Of a DNA stretch of 64,000 nt, positions 1-13,295 are shown piece after piece. The notes beneath the pieces were generated by a model. It was not told where the DNA came from and ran no database searches. It saw only the letters and a program-made list of their open reading frames with translations. Position numbers and translations under genes: made by a program. This stretch comes from Eledone cirrhosa (taxonomy: Eukaryota). The first letter of the stretch is position 1, and each line of letters opens with the position of its first letter. The stretch spans positions 34,038,001-34,102,000 of the forward strand of contig OZ024748.1 in NCBI GenBank assembly GCA_964016885.1, in the 5' to 3' direction.

Positions 1-189
1 TCGTCATTCGCTGTTTTTACATCAACAACAAAATAACATCATCAACCTTCTCAACTCTTGGTAACCTGTTTTATTGTACTTTTTTTATTTAAGTGAAGTA
101 AACCATATATAAACTAAAATCATTTATGCATGTCATTTCTAATAACCACATATAACCATACTAATTACTTCTTTAAAATTACCCTTCGT

Positions 190-3100
190 TAAAAGTGTAT
201 ATGCAATATTTAATATTTAAATAGCTCCAACAGGTATAGGACACATTAATTCAAAGGATATTTAATACAGAAATGGCTTCTACAAGACTAAACTAATATA
301 TTTGGAGGAAATAGTAGTGTATATGTAATATTTAATACAGAAATAGCTTCCATATGGCTAGAACTCATTAATTTGAAGGAAATAGTAGTGTATATGCAAT
401 ATTTAATAGAGAAATACCTTCTACAGGACTAAAACTAATATATTTGGAGGAAATAGTAGTATATATGTAATATTTAATACAGAAATAGCTTCCACAGGGC
501 TAGAACTCATTAATTCGAAGGAAATAGTAGTGTATACGCAATATTTAATAGAGAAATGCCTTCTACAGGACTAAAACTAATATATTTGGAGGAAATAGTA
601 GTATATATGTAATATTTAATACAGAAATAGCTTCCACAGGGCTAGAACTCATTAATTTGAAGGAAATAGTAGAGTATATGCAATATTTAATAGAGAAATG
701 CCTTCTACAGGACAACAACTCTTTACTTCGTAGTAAACAGTAATATGTATGCGATATTTAATACAGAAATGGCTTCTACAGGACTAGAACTCTTTAATTT
801 GAAGAGTATTAGTAGGTTATATGCAATATTTAATGCATAAATAGCTTCTACAGGTCTAGAACTCAGTAATTCGAAGGAGATATTTGTTTATATGCAATAT
901 TTAATACATAAATGGTTTCTACAACACTGAAACTCATTAATTTGAAGGGTATTAGTAGATTATATGCTATATTTAATAGAGAAATGGCCTCTAAAAACTA
1001 GAACTCTTTACTTCGAAGCAAATAGTAGAGTATATGCAATATTTAATAAAGAAATGGCTTCTAAAGGAGTAAAACTAATATAATTGGAGGAAATAGTAGT
1101 GTATGTGCTATATTTAATACAGAAATGGCTTCTAAAGGACTGGAAATCTTCGATTCGAAGTAAATAGTACTGTATATGCAATATTCAATACAGAAATGGC
1201 TGCTAAAGTACTAGAACTAATATATTTGGAGGAAATAGTATTATATATGTAATATTTAATAGAGAAATTGCTTCTGAAGCACTAGGGCTCTTTAATTTGA
1301 AGGATATTAATAGAGCATATGCAATATTTAATATCCAAGTAGCTTCCACAGGGCTAGGACACATTAATTCAAAGGAAAAAGTAGTGTATATGCAATATTT
1401 AATACAGAAATGGCTTCCACTGGGCTAGAACTCTTTAATTTGAAGAGTATTAGTTGATTATATGACATATGTAATACGGAAATGGCTTTTAAAGAACTAA
1501 AGCTCATTAATTCGAAGGAAATAGTTGTGTATATCCATTATTTAATACAGAAAAGGCTTCTAAAGGAACAGAACACTTCAATTCGAAGGAAATAAATAGT
1601 AGAGTATATGCAATATTTAATACAGAAATGGCTGCTAAAGGAGTAGAACTAATATATTTGGAGGAAATAGTAGTATATATGCAATATTTAATACAGAAAG
1701 GCTTCTACAGGACTGATGTTCATTAATTTTAAGGATATTAGTAGATTATATGCCATATTTAAAACAGAAATGGCCTCTAAATGACTAGAACTCTTCAATT
1801 CGAAGGAAATAGTACAGTATATGCAATATTTCATAAAGAAATGGCTTCTAAAGGAGTAATACTAATATAATTGTTTCTACTTTTGGTACAAGGCCAGCAA
1901 ATACCCAGTACATTACTAGTACTTTATTTTATCGACCTTGTAAGGATGAAAGGCAAAGTTAACCTCGGCGGGATTTGAACTCAGATCATAAAGGGCCGTA
2001 ACACTTTGCTGCAAAGCATGGTGTCCGACCATCTACTGATACTGCCAATCCACCGATGGGAGGAAATAGTAGTATATATATGCAATATTTAATACAGAAA
2101 TAGCTTCCACAGGGCTAGAACTCATTACTTCAGGTGAAATAGTAGAGTATACACAATATTTAATACAGAAATGGCTTCTAAAGTACAAGAACACTTTAAT
2201 TCGTAGTAAATAGTAGTATGTATGCAATATTTAATAGAAAAATGGCCTCTACGGGATTAGAACTCTTTAATTTGCAGAGTATTCGTAGATTATGTGCAAT
2301 ATTTGATACATAATTAGCTTCTACAGGGCTAGAACTCATTAATTCGAAGGAAATATTAGTATATATGCAATATTTAATACAGAAATGGCTTCTACAGCAC
2401 TGAAATTCATTAATTTGACGGGTGTTAGTAGATTATATGCTATGTTTAATACAGAAATGGCCTCTAAAAACTAAAACTCTTCAATTCGAAGCAAATAGTA
2501 GAGTATATGCAATATTTAATAAAGAATTGACTTCTAAAGGAGTAAAACTAATATAATTGGAGGAAATACTAGTGTATGTGCTATATTTAATACAGAAATT
2601 GTTTCTAAAGGTCTAGAACTCTTCGATTCGAAGTAAATAGTACAGTATATGCACTATTTAATACAGAAATGGCTGCTAAAGGAGTAGAAGTAATATATTT
2701 GGAGGAAATAGTAGTATATATGCAATATTTAATAGAGAAATAGCTTGTAAAGCACTAGGGCTTTTTAATTTGAAGGATATTAATAGATTATATGCAATAT
2801 TTAATATGAAAATAGCTTCCACAGGGCTAGGACATATTACTTCAAAGGAAATAGTAGTGTAGATGCAGTAATTAATATGTAAATAGCTTCCATATGGCTA
2901 GGACACATTCATTCAAAGGAAATAGTAGTGTATATGCAATATTTAATATAGAAATGGCTTCTACAGGAAGAAAACTAATATATTTGGAGGAAATAGTAGT
3001 ATATATGAAATATTTAATATAGAAATGGCTTCCACAGGGCTAGAACTCATTAATTCGAAGGAAATAGTAGTGTATATGCAATATTTAATACAGAAATGGC

Positions 3101-3310
3101 TTCTAAAGGTCTAAAGCTTATTAATTCGAAGGAAATAGTACATTATATGTCATATTTAATACGGAAATAGCTTCTAAATGACAAGAACTCTTTAATTTGT
3201 AGTAAATAGTATATATGTTATATTTAATACAGAAATGGCTTCTACAAGACTAAAACTCTTTAATTTGAAGAGTATTAGTAGATTACATGGCTTCTAAAGA
3301 GCTAAAATTC
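190..3310. repeat. ~60-bp AT-rich tandem satellite with higher-order structure
   Basis: Recurring unit like GAAATAGTAGTGTATATGCAATATTTAATACAGAAATGGCTTCTACAGGACTAGAACTCATTAATTCGAAG; alternating variants give ~120-bp dimers; interrupted at ~1874-2057. Confidence 0.95.
1874..2057 (-). mobile_element. tRNA-derived SINE (octopus-type) inserted in the satellite
   Basis: Minus strand has B-box-like GAGTTCAAATCC followed by GCCTTTCATCCT..GGTCGATAAAATAAAGTAC central domain; splits a satellite unit between ACTAATATAATTG and GAGGAAATAG. Confidence 0.8.
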
Positions 3311-3329
3311 TTAAATTGCAAGAAACTAC

Positions 3330-4371
3330 TATGACTTTTTCCCTTGTCTGCAATCATCCCCCTTCTAATCAGTTACCTCGCATACCTTGACTTTTTCGTG
3401 AGTTACGTCCCTTAACTTTACTTCTTTCTTTGACTTCAGTTATCTCCTTTTTCACGAGTTACCTCACTTACCTTGCCTTCTTTCTTTGACTTCACTTACT
3501 GCTTTTTCATGAGTTACCTCCCTTACCTAGACTTTTTTCATTGACTTCAGTTATCTCCTTTTTCATGAGTTACCTCACTTACCTTGACTTCTTTCTTTGA
3601 TTTCAGTTACTCCTTTTTCATAAGTTACCTCCATTACCTTGACTTTATTCTTTGACTTCAGTTTTCTTGTTTTTCATGAGATACCTCCCTTACCTAGACA
3701 TTTATCTTTGAATTCAGTTATCTCCTTTTCCATGAGTTACCTCCCTTACCTTGACTTTTTTCTTTGACTTCAATTATCTCCCTTATGAGTTACCTCATTT
3801 ACCTTGACTCTTCAATTATCTCCCTTCTTATGAGTTACCTTACTTAGCTTCACTTATTCCCTTCTCTTCAATTATCTCGCTTCTTATGAGTTACCTCGAT
3901 CACCTTGACTTTTTCAGTTATCTCCCTAACTTTAACGTTTTCCTTTGACTTCAGTTATATCCTTATTCATGAGTTACCTCCACTATCTAGACTTTCTTTT
4001 TACTTCAGTCATCTCCTCTTTCATAAGTTACCTCACTTACCTTGACTTATTCCCTTGTCTTCAATTATCTCCCATATGAGTTACCTCACTTACCTTGACC
4101 TTTTCCATTGTCTTTAGTTATCTCCATTCTTATGAGTTATCTCCCACCCCTTGAGTTTTTTATGTGTTACCTACCTTACGTTGATTTTTTTCTTTGACTT
4201 CAGTTATCTTCTTTTTCGTTTGTTACCTCCCTTACCTTGACTTTTATCCTTTTCTTCAGGTATCTCCCTCCTTATGAGTTACCTCCCTGTAGTGAGTAGT
4301 GACATCTGTACTTGGGGAACAAAACTAATGGAGTTACTTCCCCGTGGCCAGAATATAAGGGAGCGTTCTGA

Positions 4372-4448
<77 letters not shown>

Positions 4449-5180
4449 GCTTGACCTGGCTAAGGTAAACACCAATTCTTCTTTTGCTCCGCAAGTACAA
4501 CCAGTATGTAACGACAAAACATCACTACGGGCCTGGCCAAACGCCTCAGTTAGTCGACCGTATTTTCTCTTGCTCTCTTACTCTTTTCGCTCTAACCACG
4601 AGCTGAAAACGCATCTACTGGGGACCTCTATCATAAGGCTCAGCTCAGATGTATGTCTATCCTTCTCATAAGGATTAACAATAATAAACCACAGGTATGT
4701 TCTTTAATCATTGTAACGCACACGAATAAAGAGTAAAACTATTTTGTACCATGTTGAGAAAACTTGTTGTTATTTACATGTATATTATATATCCTGTCTG
4801 CATCGCATCATCTTGCTTCCTACTTTCCTTATGTATTCTTGTGTTCCTTCTTTTATTAAATTAGTGGTTGGCATACAGTGATATCTACTGGAGTAACTAA
4901 CCTTATGACCAATTCACTAAATCCCTTACCTTGACTTTTTTCTCTGACTTCAATTACCCTTATGAGTTACCTCCTTACCTTGACTTTTTTCCTTGTCTTC
5001 ATTTATCTCCCTTCTTATGAGTTACCTCCCTAACCTTGACTTTTTCATGAGCTACATCCTTTACCTTGACATTTTACCTTGTCTTCAATCAACTTCCCCT
5101 TGATGAGTTACCTCCCTTACCTTGACTTTTTTTCTTTTACTGTTGTTTTATCCTCTTTTTCATGAGTTACCTCCCCTACC
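3330..5180. repeat. ~50-bp pyrimidine-rich minisatellite
   Basis: Repeated CATGAGTTACCTCCCTTACCTTGACTTTTTTCTTTGACTTCAGTTATCTCC; resumes in phase after the 4288-4921 insertion. Confidence 0.9.
4288..4921 (+). mobile_element. Solo LTR (4-bp TSD, Gypsy-like)
   Basis: Starts TGTAGTGA, ends TCACTAAA (1 mismatch to inverted TCACTACA); TCCC duplicated at 4284-4287 and 4922-4925; TATA-like AATATAAG, (CT)n, downstream AATAAA. Confidence 0.75.
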
Positions 5181-5879
5181 CAAATATATATTGTTTTGGA
5201 GGAGCTAATATAAAAAAGAGTTTCTAGCACTAGATATAGCAGCTAAACCATATTTGAAATTCTTATTGAAGCCACCAGAAATAACAGCTGTGACATCACA
5301 GGGGGTCTTGGTTAACACCTACAACTACAAAAATATATTTTCTTCAGTTGGGAAGTAATGTAATGAAGAGTATCTAGTTTCTGCTAGAAATACCAGCTAA
5401 AGTAGCTTTATATTCCTGTCAACGTCACCATAAATAGGAACTATGACAGGGCAGACGGCCTGGGAGGTTATGTACCTAAAAGTATCTAGTTTAACTAGAA
5501 ATAGCAGCTAAATTATCTTTAAATTTCTGTCCAAGCCACCATAAATAGCAGCCGTAACATCACAGGGGGCCTGGTTTCAACCAAAATATATATTTTGTTT
5601 TGGAGGAGGAGGTACAACAAAGAGTATCTAATTTATGCCAGAAATATCAGCTAAAGTATTTTTAACTTTCTTTCCAAGCCTCCATACATATATGTTGGTA
5701 ATGGTAGGTGTTAAACAAGGCCCTCTGTGATGTCACTGCTGCTAATGGTGGTGGCTTGGATAGGAATTTAAAGATACTTTAGCTGATATTTCTGGCATAA
5801 ACTACATACTCTTTGTTATATCTCCTCTTCCAAAACAAATATACATTTTGGTAGTTGTAGGGTTGAAACCAGGTATTCT

Positions 5880-5880
<1 letters not shown>
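5180..5880. repeat. ~140-150-bp tandem repeat ending in an inverted copy (foldback-like)
   Basis: CTAGAAATAGCAGCTAAA..AAGCCACC..ACATCACAGGGG units at ~5230, 5385, 5495, 5640; 5720-5875 is the reverse complement of ~5540-5685. Confidence 0.7.
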
Positions 5881-6204
<324 letters not shown>

Positions 6205-6482
6205 GGTATACATACATACACATATATATATAAATATATATATGTATATATACATAATACATATAGTATTTACGTATCGAGAAAGAGAAAAAAAGGGGGG
6301 ATAGGTGATACATATAGTTATTTGCCAAGTAGCGTATGCCAAAGGTGCTCGATACTAGTGCCGGCAGTATTAAATATTCGAAGGGTTAATATTTAGTGGG
6401 CTAGAGAGTTAGCAGAGCGTAAGCACGTGGGAAAGTAAAAAATCGGAGAATAGACCGTTAAAACATGTTTATTTAAAATATC

Positions 6483-6520
6483 ACCTACGTACGTTTCGCC
6501 CAGTTGGGCTTCTCAAGGGC
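6483..6520 (-). ncRNA. Hammerhead ribozyme, family B (U3-A8 core)
   Basis: Minus strand: ccc TTGAGAA gccc-aact-gggc GAAAC gtac GTA gg. Confidence 0.8.
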
Positions 6521-7294
6521 ATAAATAATCACAAGTGTTCCTTATATTGCTCGGAAAGAGTTTTTGGGGTTAAATCCACATCAAGGTTCATTGCTCGCAA
6601 AAATATCTTGTTTTGATTTTGCAGCAGGTCAAGGGAGGTAACTCTGGCCGGTGTTAGGGCAGTCTTTCCCGGACAATTTTTTTTTTTTTTTTAATAGCGT
6701 TAAACATTATATAGGGGGCCACCTCCGGCCCGTTCAAAATTAGGTTTCGAACACATCTCCACTCTTTCACAAATAGAAAACTAAGGCACTCCACTTCGCT
6801 CGCAGACTACATCACATCACTAAAGGACTTAAACATCAGCTTCTCCACGCACTGGAAAGGAAATGCGATCTTTGCCTCATGGAGCTCTACCACATCATAA
6901 CTGCACCCCACGAGCTCATCAAGAGCAGAGCTGAAACAGCGATAAGTTGTACACATCGCTTAAAAATATCCTTTTTCAGATGGGTTAAGGATGAAGAGTG
7001 AAATAGTACACTGGATCTCCCTGCAACAAGTCTTAACACCCCGGCGGGCAGGCGCTGCAAAATAACACCCAGGAAACAATCCTTGCATACCAGACCCAGC
7101 CTCAGACAAACGGATGCGGCAAAAAAAAAAAAAAAAATTTGTCCGGGAAAGACTGCCCTAACACCGGCCAGAGTTACCTCCCTTGACCTGCTGCAAAATC
7201 AAAACAAGTTATTTTTGCGAGCAATGAACCTTGATGTGGATTTAACCCCAAAAACTCTTTCCGAGCAATATAAGGAACACTTGTGATTATTTAT

Positions 7295-7332
7295 GCCCTT
7301 GAGAAGCCCAACTGGGCGAAACGTACGTAGGT
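7295..7332 (+). ncRNA. Hammerhead ribozyme, family B (U3-A8 core)
   Basis: gccc TTGAGAA gccc-aact-gggc GAAAC gtac GTA ggt; palindromic stem III ACGTACGT. Confidence 0.8.
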
Positions 7333-7459
7333 GATATTTTAAATAAACATGCTTTAACGGTCTATTCTCCGATTTTTTACTTTCCCACGTACATAATACA
7401 TATATATATACATAGATATATATGTATATAAATATTTTATATATATATATATATATATA

Positions 7460-7690
7460 GTAATAATAAATGTCAAGACTAAAATTCAAAGAGGGATCGA
7501 TAAGGATAAATATATATAAAATATATAAGAACTCTAGAGCAAATATTTATTAAAATATCAGATTAAATTTAAGCAAAGAATCGCTGCTTTCACCCTTTAC
7601 GAGATATTCTGAAACTTTCAAAAGATCCCGTTAAGGGTGAAAGCAGCGATTCTTTGCTTAAACTTTGATCTGATATTTTAATATATGTCA
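7460..7690. mobile_element. Fold-back fragment of family A pseudo-LTR with two decayed HHR copies
   Basis: Similar to 8043-8202; 7550-7615 is inverted relative to 7616-7685. Confidence 0.75.
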
Positions 7691-7723
7691 CCACTTTGAT
7701 CTGATATTTTAATATATGTCACA

Positions 7724-7760
7724 CCACTGAAGATTGCTAAAGCATGAAAGTACTTGTTCA
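7724..7760 (+). ncRNA. Possible decayed hammerhead motif
   Basis: CTGAAGA t-tgct-aa-agca-t GAAA gtac tt; palindromic AAGTACTT; stem I not convincing. Confidence 0.4.
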
Positions 7761-7940
7761 ATTAACACTTAACATTTAATATTCTACCATGCTATTTCAT
7801 TCTAATACCATTATAAATTTTAAAGGATTGTAAATAAAACGAGTAAATCAGACAAAGTTGGAATTCATTTTATTAATATAATCTTCTATACAAAATCATA
7901 CACACCCGTGTATATTTATCTCTCTCTCTCTATATATATT

Positions 7941-8045
<105 letters not shown>

Positions 8046-8151
8046 ATAATCATAAAATTGAAGACTAAAATCCAAAGAGGGCTCGATAAGGAAAATATAT
8101 ATCAAATATATAAGAACCGAAGAGCAAATATTTATTAAAATAACAGATTAA

Positions 8152-8202
8152 AGTTTAAGCAAAGAATCGCTGCTTTCACCCTTAACGGGATCTTCTGAAA
8201 CT
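8152..8202 (-). ncRNA. Hammerhead-like motif, family A (CAGAAGA core)
   Basis: Minus strand: agttt CAGAAGA t-ccc-gttaa-ggg-t GAAA gca-gcgattctt-tgc TT aaact. Confidence 0.65.
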
Positions 8203-8315
8203 AACAAAGTCAATCTGTAAACGCAGTACTGGATATTTCAAAAAAAGTTCCAACCGGAGGAAGACAGGAAGACGATACTTTGGTTCATGGTGACGTTCGC
8301 TGGCAACGAACGGGA

Positions 8316-9600
8316 ACACTCACAGTGGTTAAGGATTTCGAAGTTGATGTCATCCTTAATGCCGGAAAGTCGGTGATTAATTTCGACGACTCTATTTGGA
8401 TTAAAAATCCAATAGTACCCCTTTCGACGTGAGTATGGGCACCAGTGACTCTGCGGAGGTTACTGATCTTATTGGCCTTTTCCTTCTTTTCTCTATCAAG
8501 GACGAATTCCCCAACGCGGGCGGTGGTTTGTACCGTGACGATGGTCTTTTGACCATGACTAAGTGCGGACCTCGTGCTTGCGACAGATTCAGAAAAGAAC
8601 TCACAGCCTTCTTTAAAGGCTTCAACCTCTCTATACAGGTTGAGGCCAATCTCTCGGTCGTTAATTACCTCGACGTTACCCTCAATTTATTGAATGGGTT
8701 GTATTACCCGTATAGAAAGCCGAATGATACGCTTAATTACATAAGTAAGCATTCCAACCATCCTGCCAGCATAACCAAGAACCTGGTAAGAAACGTTTCT
8801 TTGGGCTTTCCCGTCTATCTACTAACAAGCTTATTTTCAACGACCATTCCACTTATTACAATGAAGCTCTTGCTCGAAGTGGATTTGTCGATAGGGTAGC
8901 ATATACAGAGTACGAGAATAGACCTAGAAGAAATAGATCCCGTCGCATTTGTTGGTTTAACCCACCATATAATATGGAGGTGGCCACACCATTAGCTAAG
9001 ATTTTTCCCCCTACACATAAATATATTAAAATTTTTAATAGAAACACTATTAAAATTTCTTACTCTACGACTCCTAACCTTGCACATAACATCACAGCTT
9101 CAAATTTAGCTAAACTACCTAGCCGTAGGAACACGTGCAACCCTGTAGTTAGTACTAACTGTAATTGTAGGAATCGGGCTGATTGTCGCCTATCCGGGAA
9201 ATGCCTCTCTAGTAACATTGTCTACAAATGTAAGGTTGTAACACCCACGTCCCGTAGGGCCTACATAGGGTTAACCGCCAATAGTTTCAAGCAGCGTCTT
9301 TACATGCATACCCATTCTTTTCGTTACCCTCTAAGAAGGAATATGACGTCACTTTCAGCTTATATCTGGAGTCTAAAAGACAACCACACCCAATATAAGT
9401 TACACTGGGAGATCCTAGCTAGGGCTAGATCGTATAACGGAAATAAAAGACCATGTGACCTCTGCGCCGCTGAGGCCCTGGAAATACTCTACGCCACAGA
9501 CCACATCTTAAACAAAAAATCTGAGGCAATTTCGGCTTGTAAACATAAATTGCACAAAACTTTCCTGTATTACAGCCTCACGTTATACCCTAACGGATAG
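8316..9600 (+). pseudogene. Frameshifted PLE reverse transcriptase + GIY-YIG endonuclease
   Basis: MGTSDSAEVTDLIG, GLYRDDGL, YLDVTLNL, WFNPPY, CNCRNRADC, IVYKC..YIGLT..FKQRLYMH, CDLC (ORFs 8429-8899, 8974-9600). Confidence 0.93.
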
Positions 9601-10527
9601 CACGATCTATACGTGGATATTTTACGTCTTGATGTGGGAGCTAAGTATATGTTTTGTTTATTCCTTTACTTATTTGCATAGGTAAGTATATATTACCCGT
9701 ATGTTTTGTGAAGGTATGTATACCTTCTCGTACGTATTTTTGACTGTTACGGCGTATAATGTTTACATATTCTGGTATTTAGAGTTTGGTTATGTGTATA
9801 TGGGAGTTTTGCGTCTGCGTGAGTATGCAGGTTCGTACGTATGGTGGGTGTGTGTATATGTGTACTTCTTGTTTTAGTTGACTTACGTCTCCGAACCTTC
9901 GTGTATTTATTTGTAGGTATGTGTGTGCGCTTGTTATATACGTATTTATTTACTTATATACGTTTATATAATTATTTATTTATTTGTACACAAGCATACA
10001 CACATACACATATTTATATGTGCGTGGTTTTGTATACCTATGGTAAGGTTTTGCGTATGCTTGTGTATGTACGTATCTGTTTGCGCGTATGTATTTATTT
10101 GTTTCTATTACTTCAGTATTGTATTTATTTACTTTGTTCTTAACTCTGTAGCGGAGATTCATTCGGTCTCCTAGTTAGAATTTTAGTCTACAACTTCTGC
10201 TATACCATTTACGTGGTTTTGTCTTTGCGTGCTATTGTTCTCCACGCTCCACATATGACTTATTATCTTCGTTTTTTCGTTCATTGCCAGAGAACGTCTC
10301 TATGCCCCACTTAGAGAACATTAGTCTACGACCTCTTTTATACCATAAACGTGGTTCTGTCTTTGCGCGTAATTGTTTTTCACCGCTCCTATTAATGACG
10401 TATTATTCGTTTTTTCCCGTTCTTTGCCAGCGAACGTCACCATGAACCAAAGTATCGTCTTCCTGTCTTCCTCCGGTTGCAACGTTTTTTGAAATATCCA
10501 GTACTGCGTTTACAGATTGACTTTGTT

Positions 10528-10578
10528 AATTTCAGAAGATCCCGTTAAGGGTGAAAGCAGCGATTCTTTGCTTAAACT
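10528..10578 (+). ncRNA. Hammerhead-like motif, family A (CAGAAGA core)
   Basis: ttt CAGAAGA t-ccc-gttaa-ggg-t GAAA gca..tgc TT aaa. Confidence 0.65.
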
Positions 10579-10598
10579 TTAATCTGTTACTTTAATAA

Positions 10599-10656
<58 letters not shown>

Positions 10657-10679
10657 ATCTATCCATGTATATATGGTTT

Positions 10680-11240
10680 CTCAGAACCTTCCTGTCGAGA
10701 GATATCCACACTGTTATCCTTCTCTTCTCCACTTTTACCCGACCCCACCTTGAATACTCTGGTCTCCCCACACGAAACAAAGTATCATAAAAGTTGAAGC
10801 ACCCCAAATATCACTTACAAAAAGAATAGATGGCATGACATGCCTTGACTATTGGAGTCGATTAGAAAATCTCAGCCTTTATTCGCCCCAACGTCGCCGT
10901 GAGCGCTACATTATCTGCATGATGTGGAAAATATTCCATCAGCTTTGCCCAAATGATGTTGACATCACCTTTAAGGTACACCCAAGGCTTGGGCCCCGTG
11001 CTACCCGCCCACGTAAAAATCTCCCCCACATCTCATAACAATAATACGGCACAATTATTTCACCTCAAAACAGAAACAAAGCTCATCAAGTTCAAGAAGC
11101 CTTTGGACAAATTCCTTCGATAACTCTCTACTTGGTAACCAAATCCTGATTTGAAAGACTTTGCCAGGTAGTGCTATTAAGTTAGACATGGCCTGGGCCA
11201 ATACTGGCCGAAACCTATCAAGGTTATCAATGTTATACAC
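10680..11240 (+). mobile_element. Degraded 3' end of a CR1/L2-group LINE
   Basis: RPHLEYS, TKRIDGMTCLDYWSRLENLSLYSPQRRRERYIICMMWKI, later FKKxLDKF. Confidence 0.8.
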
Positions 11241-11243
11241 TTA

Positions 11244-11280
<37 letters not shown>

Positions 11281-11310
11281 AAATGTGTGTAATCCTTGGT
11301 ACAGTTAGGT

Positions 11311-11617
11311 ATATTAAGACAGGGGGGAAGAAAAAATGGCTTCACTTGTGCTTTCAACAAATTTATTTTCTTCACAAAATCCCAAAAGAATTTTTTTCCG
11401 GATTAGAAAAAAATTTTTTATTAAAAAAAATTATTTTATAAATTAAGTTGTTGGTTGTTGGTTAGAACTCCTAACCAACAACCAACAACTTAATTTATAA
11501 AATAATTTTTTTTAATAAAAAATTTTTTTCTAATCCGGAAAAAAATTCTTTTGGGATTTTGTGAAGAAAATAAATTTGTTGAAAGCACAAGTGAAGCCAT
11601 TTTTTCTTCCCCCTGTC

Positions 11618-11622
<5 letters not shown>
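11311..11622. repeat. Near-perfect ~155-bp-arm palindrome between (TA)n tracts
   Basis: TATTAAGACAGGGGG..GGTTAG-aactc-CTAACC..CCCCCTGTCTTAATA. Confidence 0.9.
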
Positions 11623-11681
<59 letters not shown>

Positions 11682-12985
11682 GTATATGTTGGTTGTATAC
11701 CAACACCTCAGTATGCAGATTGGAGCATTCGACGAAGTGTGCAGGTTGGTTTGGTTACTCCGGAGTAATGTAAAATAAAATAAAATAAATAAATCAAATG
11801 TTTAAAATTTGGCTTCGTTTATTACTGCTATATATACTTCGGTGACAGCCATCTTTGGCTGTGACCTCTTCAGGCAGTCCGAATTAGTGTGGTAGAGACG
11901 AGTACACATGTTGTTGAGGTGTATAACTTTGTCAATACTCTGATATGCCCAGTTCCTGGTTGGGTTGTTATTTCACTGAGGAACTGGAATCATATGAATT
12001 TAAACACTTCTCTCATTGGTCAGTTGTTAGAACATTCCTCAGTCAAAGTCTATAGAAATTCGTTCTGAGGCAAGCCAATCTGTAGTTGTTGTTCTTGTTA
12101 TTGTTAGGTACATCTGACCTTTATTCTTATGTTGGTAGTGGTGTTGTTGTTGGAGTCAGCTAAAAACAAAGTGATAAAGTGGTAGAAGGAATAAGATGGT
12201 AAAGGAACAAAATAAAATAAAATAATCGAATAAAATGTGTGTGTGTTATACCCATCTCAATGTTATAAAGATTTGTAAGGTCAAACTTCCCATTGGTCAG
12301 CTTTGAGAGCATTCCTCAGTCCCAAATCTATAGAAATATTTTCTGGGGTGAGGCTCCCTGTAGTGATGGTGTTTGCTATTGTTAAGTACATCTGACCTCT
12401 ACTCTTACTTTGGTAGTGTTGTTGGTGTTGTGGTCAGCTTGTCTTGCTGCTGACAATTTAGAAGTATCTGTATGTGTGTTTCTTCATCCCTCCTCCCACC
12501 ATCTCCCGTGGTGTTGGTGGGGAGGTCGGGAGGTGGGGGTGTTCTGCCATGTATATGAAGAAATAGAAGGCAATAAAATGAAGAAAACAGAAAATAAATA
12601 GTAAATAGAGAATAAATGAAAAATTAATGAAAAAGTAATAAAAAAGTAATGAAAAATGAAAATGGAAAATGAAAAATGAAAATGAAAAGTGAAAAATAAA
12701 AATGAAGATTAAAATAAAATAAGATAAAATGTGTGTGCTATAACCAATCTCGCGCAGGGAGATCTACCGTGGGGTGGTCCCCCGTTGCCCCCCCCCCCCC
12801 ACGTGTCCTGCGGTTGGCGTCGTCGGGCCTGGGGTCGTTAGCATCACCCCTGAGACTGCTACTCATATTGGGTTTCATCTCATGGTTAAGCGTAATCGTC
12901 ACCAACGCCCGTGTGCTGGTGTCGGGCTCATGGTGCCTATTTGTTTCTGTTCTGTCTGTATTGTTAAGGTTAACCATGAGATGAA
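11682..12985 (-). mobile_element. PLE 3' region/pseudo-LTR (family C), minus orientation
   Basis: 11685-11990 matches 21770-22220; contains HHR; 12748-12890 inverted vs 12970-13105. Confidence 0.7.
11824..11878 (-). ncRNA. Hammerhead ribozyme, family C (GAAA mutated to GAAG)
   Basis: Minus strand: actgc CTGAAGA ggtcacagcc-aaagat-ggctgtcacc GAAG tatata TA gcagt AATAAA. Confidence 0.75.
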
Positions 12986-13295
12986 ACCCAATATGAGTAG
13001 CAGTCTCAAGGGTGTGATGCTAACCACCCCAGACCCGATGACCCCAACCGCAGGATACATGGGGTGGGCAACGGGAGACCACCCCACGGTAGATCTCCCA
13101 GCGCAGGCAACGACCACCCCACAGATTCGGGCCGTGAAGATACCAAAACGCATAGCTCCCAAAGGGGAAGCAACAATGCGGGAACCACCAGCAACCCAAC
13201 AAATATGCAATAACTCACGACGCCTCCGACCCACACATATAGGAGGAGACACAGAAAAATCACGTGGTACAACCCACCCTACTCAGCGGCCCTAA

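Larger units (their letters stand above)
6275..7391 (+). mobile_element. 5'-truncated PLE (family B): GIY-YIG remnant flanked by inverted pseudo-LTRs
   Basis: 6695-6990 translates to YIGATSGPFKIRFRTHLHSF..STSLADYI..W..CDLCLME..CTHR; 6425-6692 is the reverse complement of 7121-7391. Confidence 0.85.

Noticed and set aside
190-3310. 60-bp repeat as CRISPR-like or coding repeat
   Set aside because: Whole unit is homologous between copies, and frames are full of stops; no HHR core seen.
8316-9600. Telomerase or bacterial retron/group II intron RT
   Set aside because: C-terminal GIY-YIG domain, pseudo-LTRs and HHR motifs identify Penelope-like elements.
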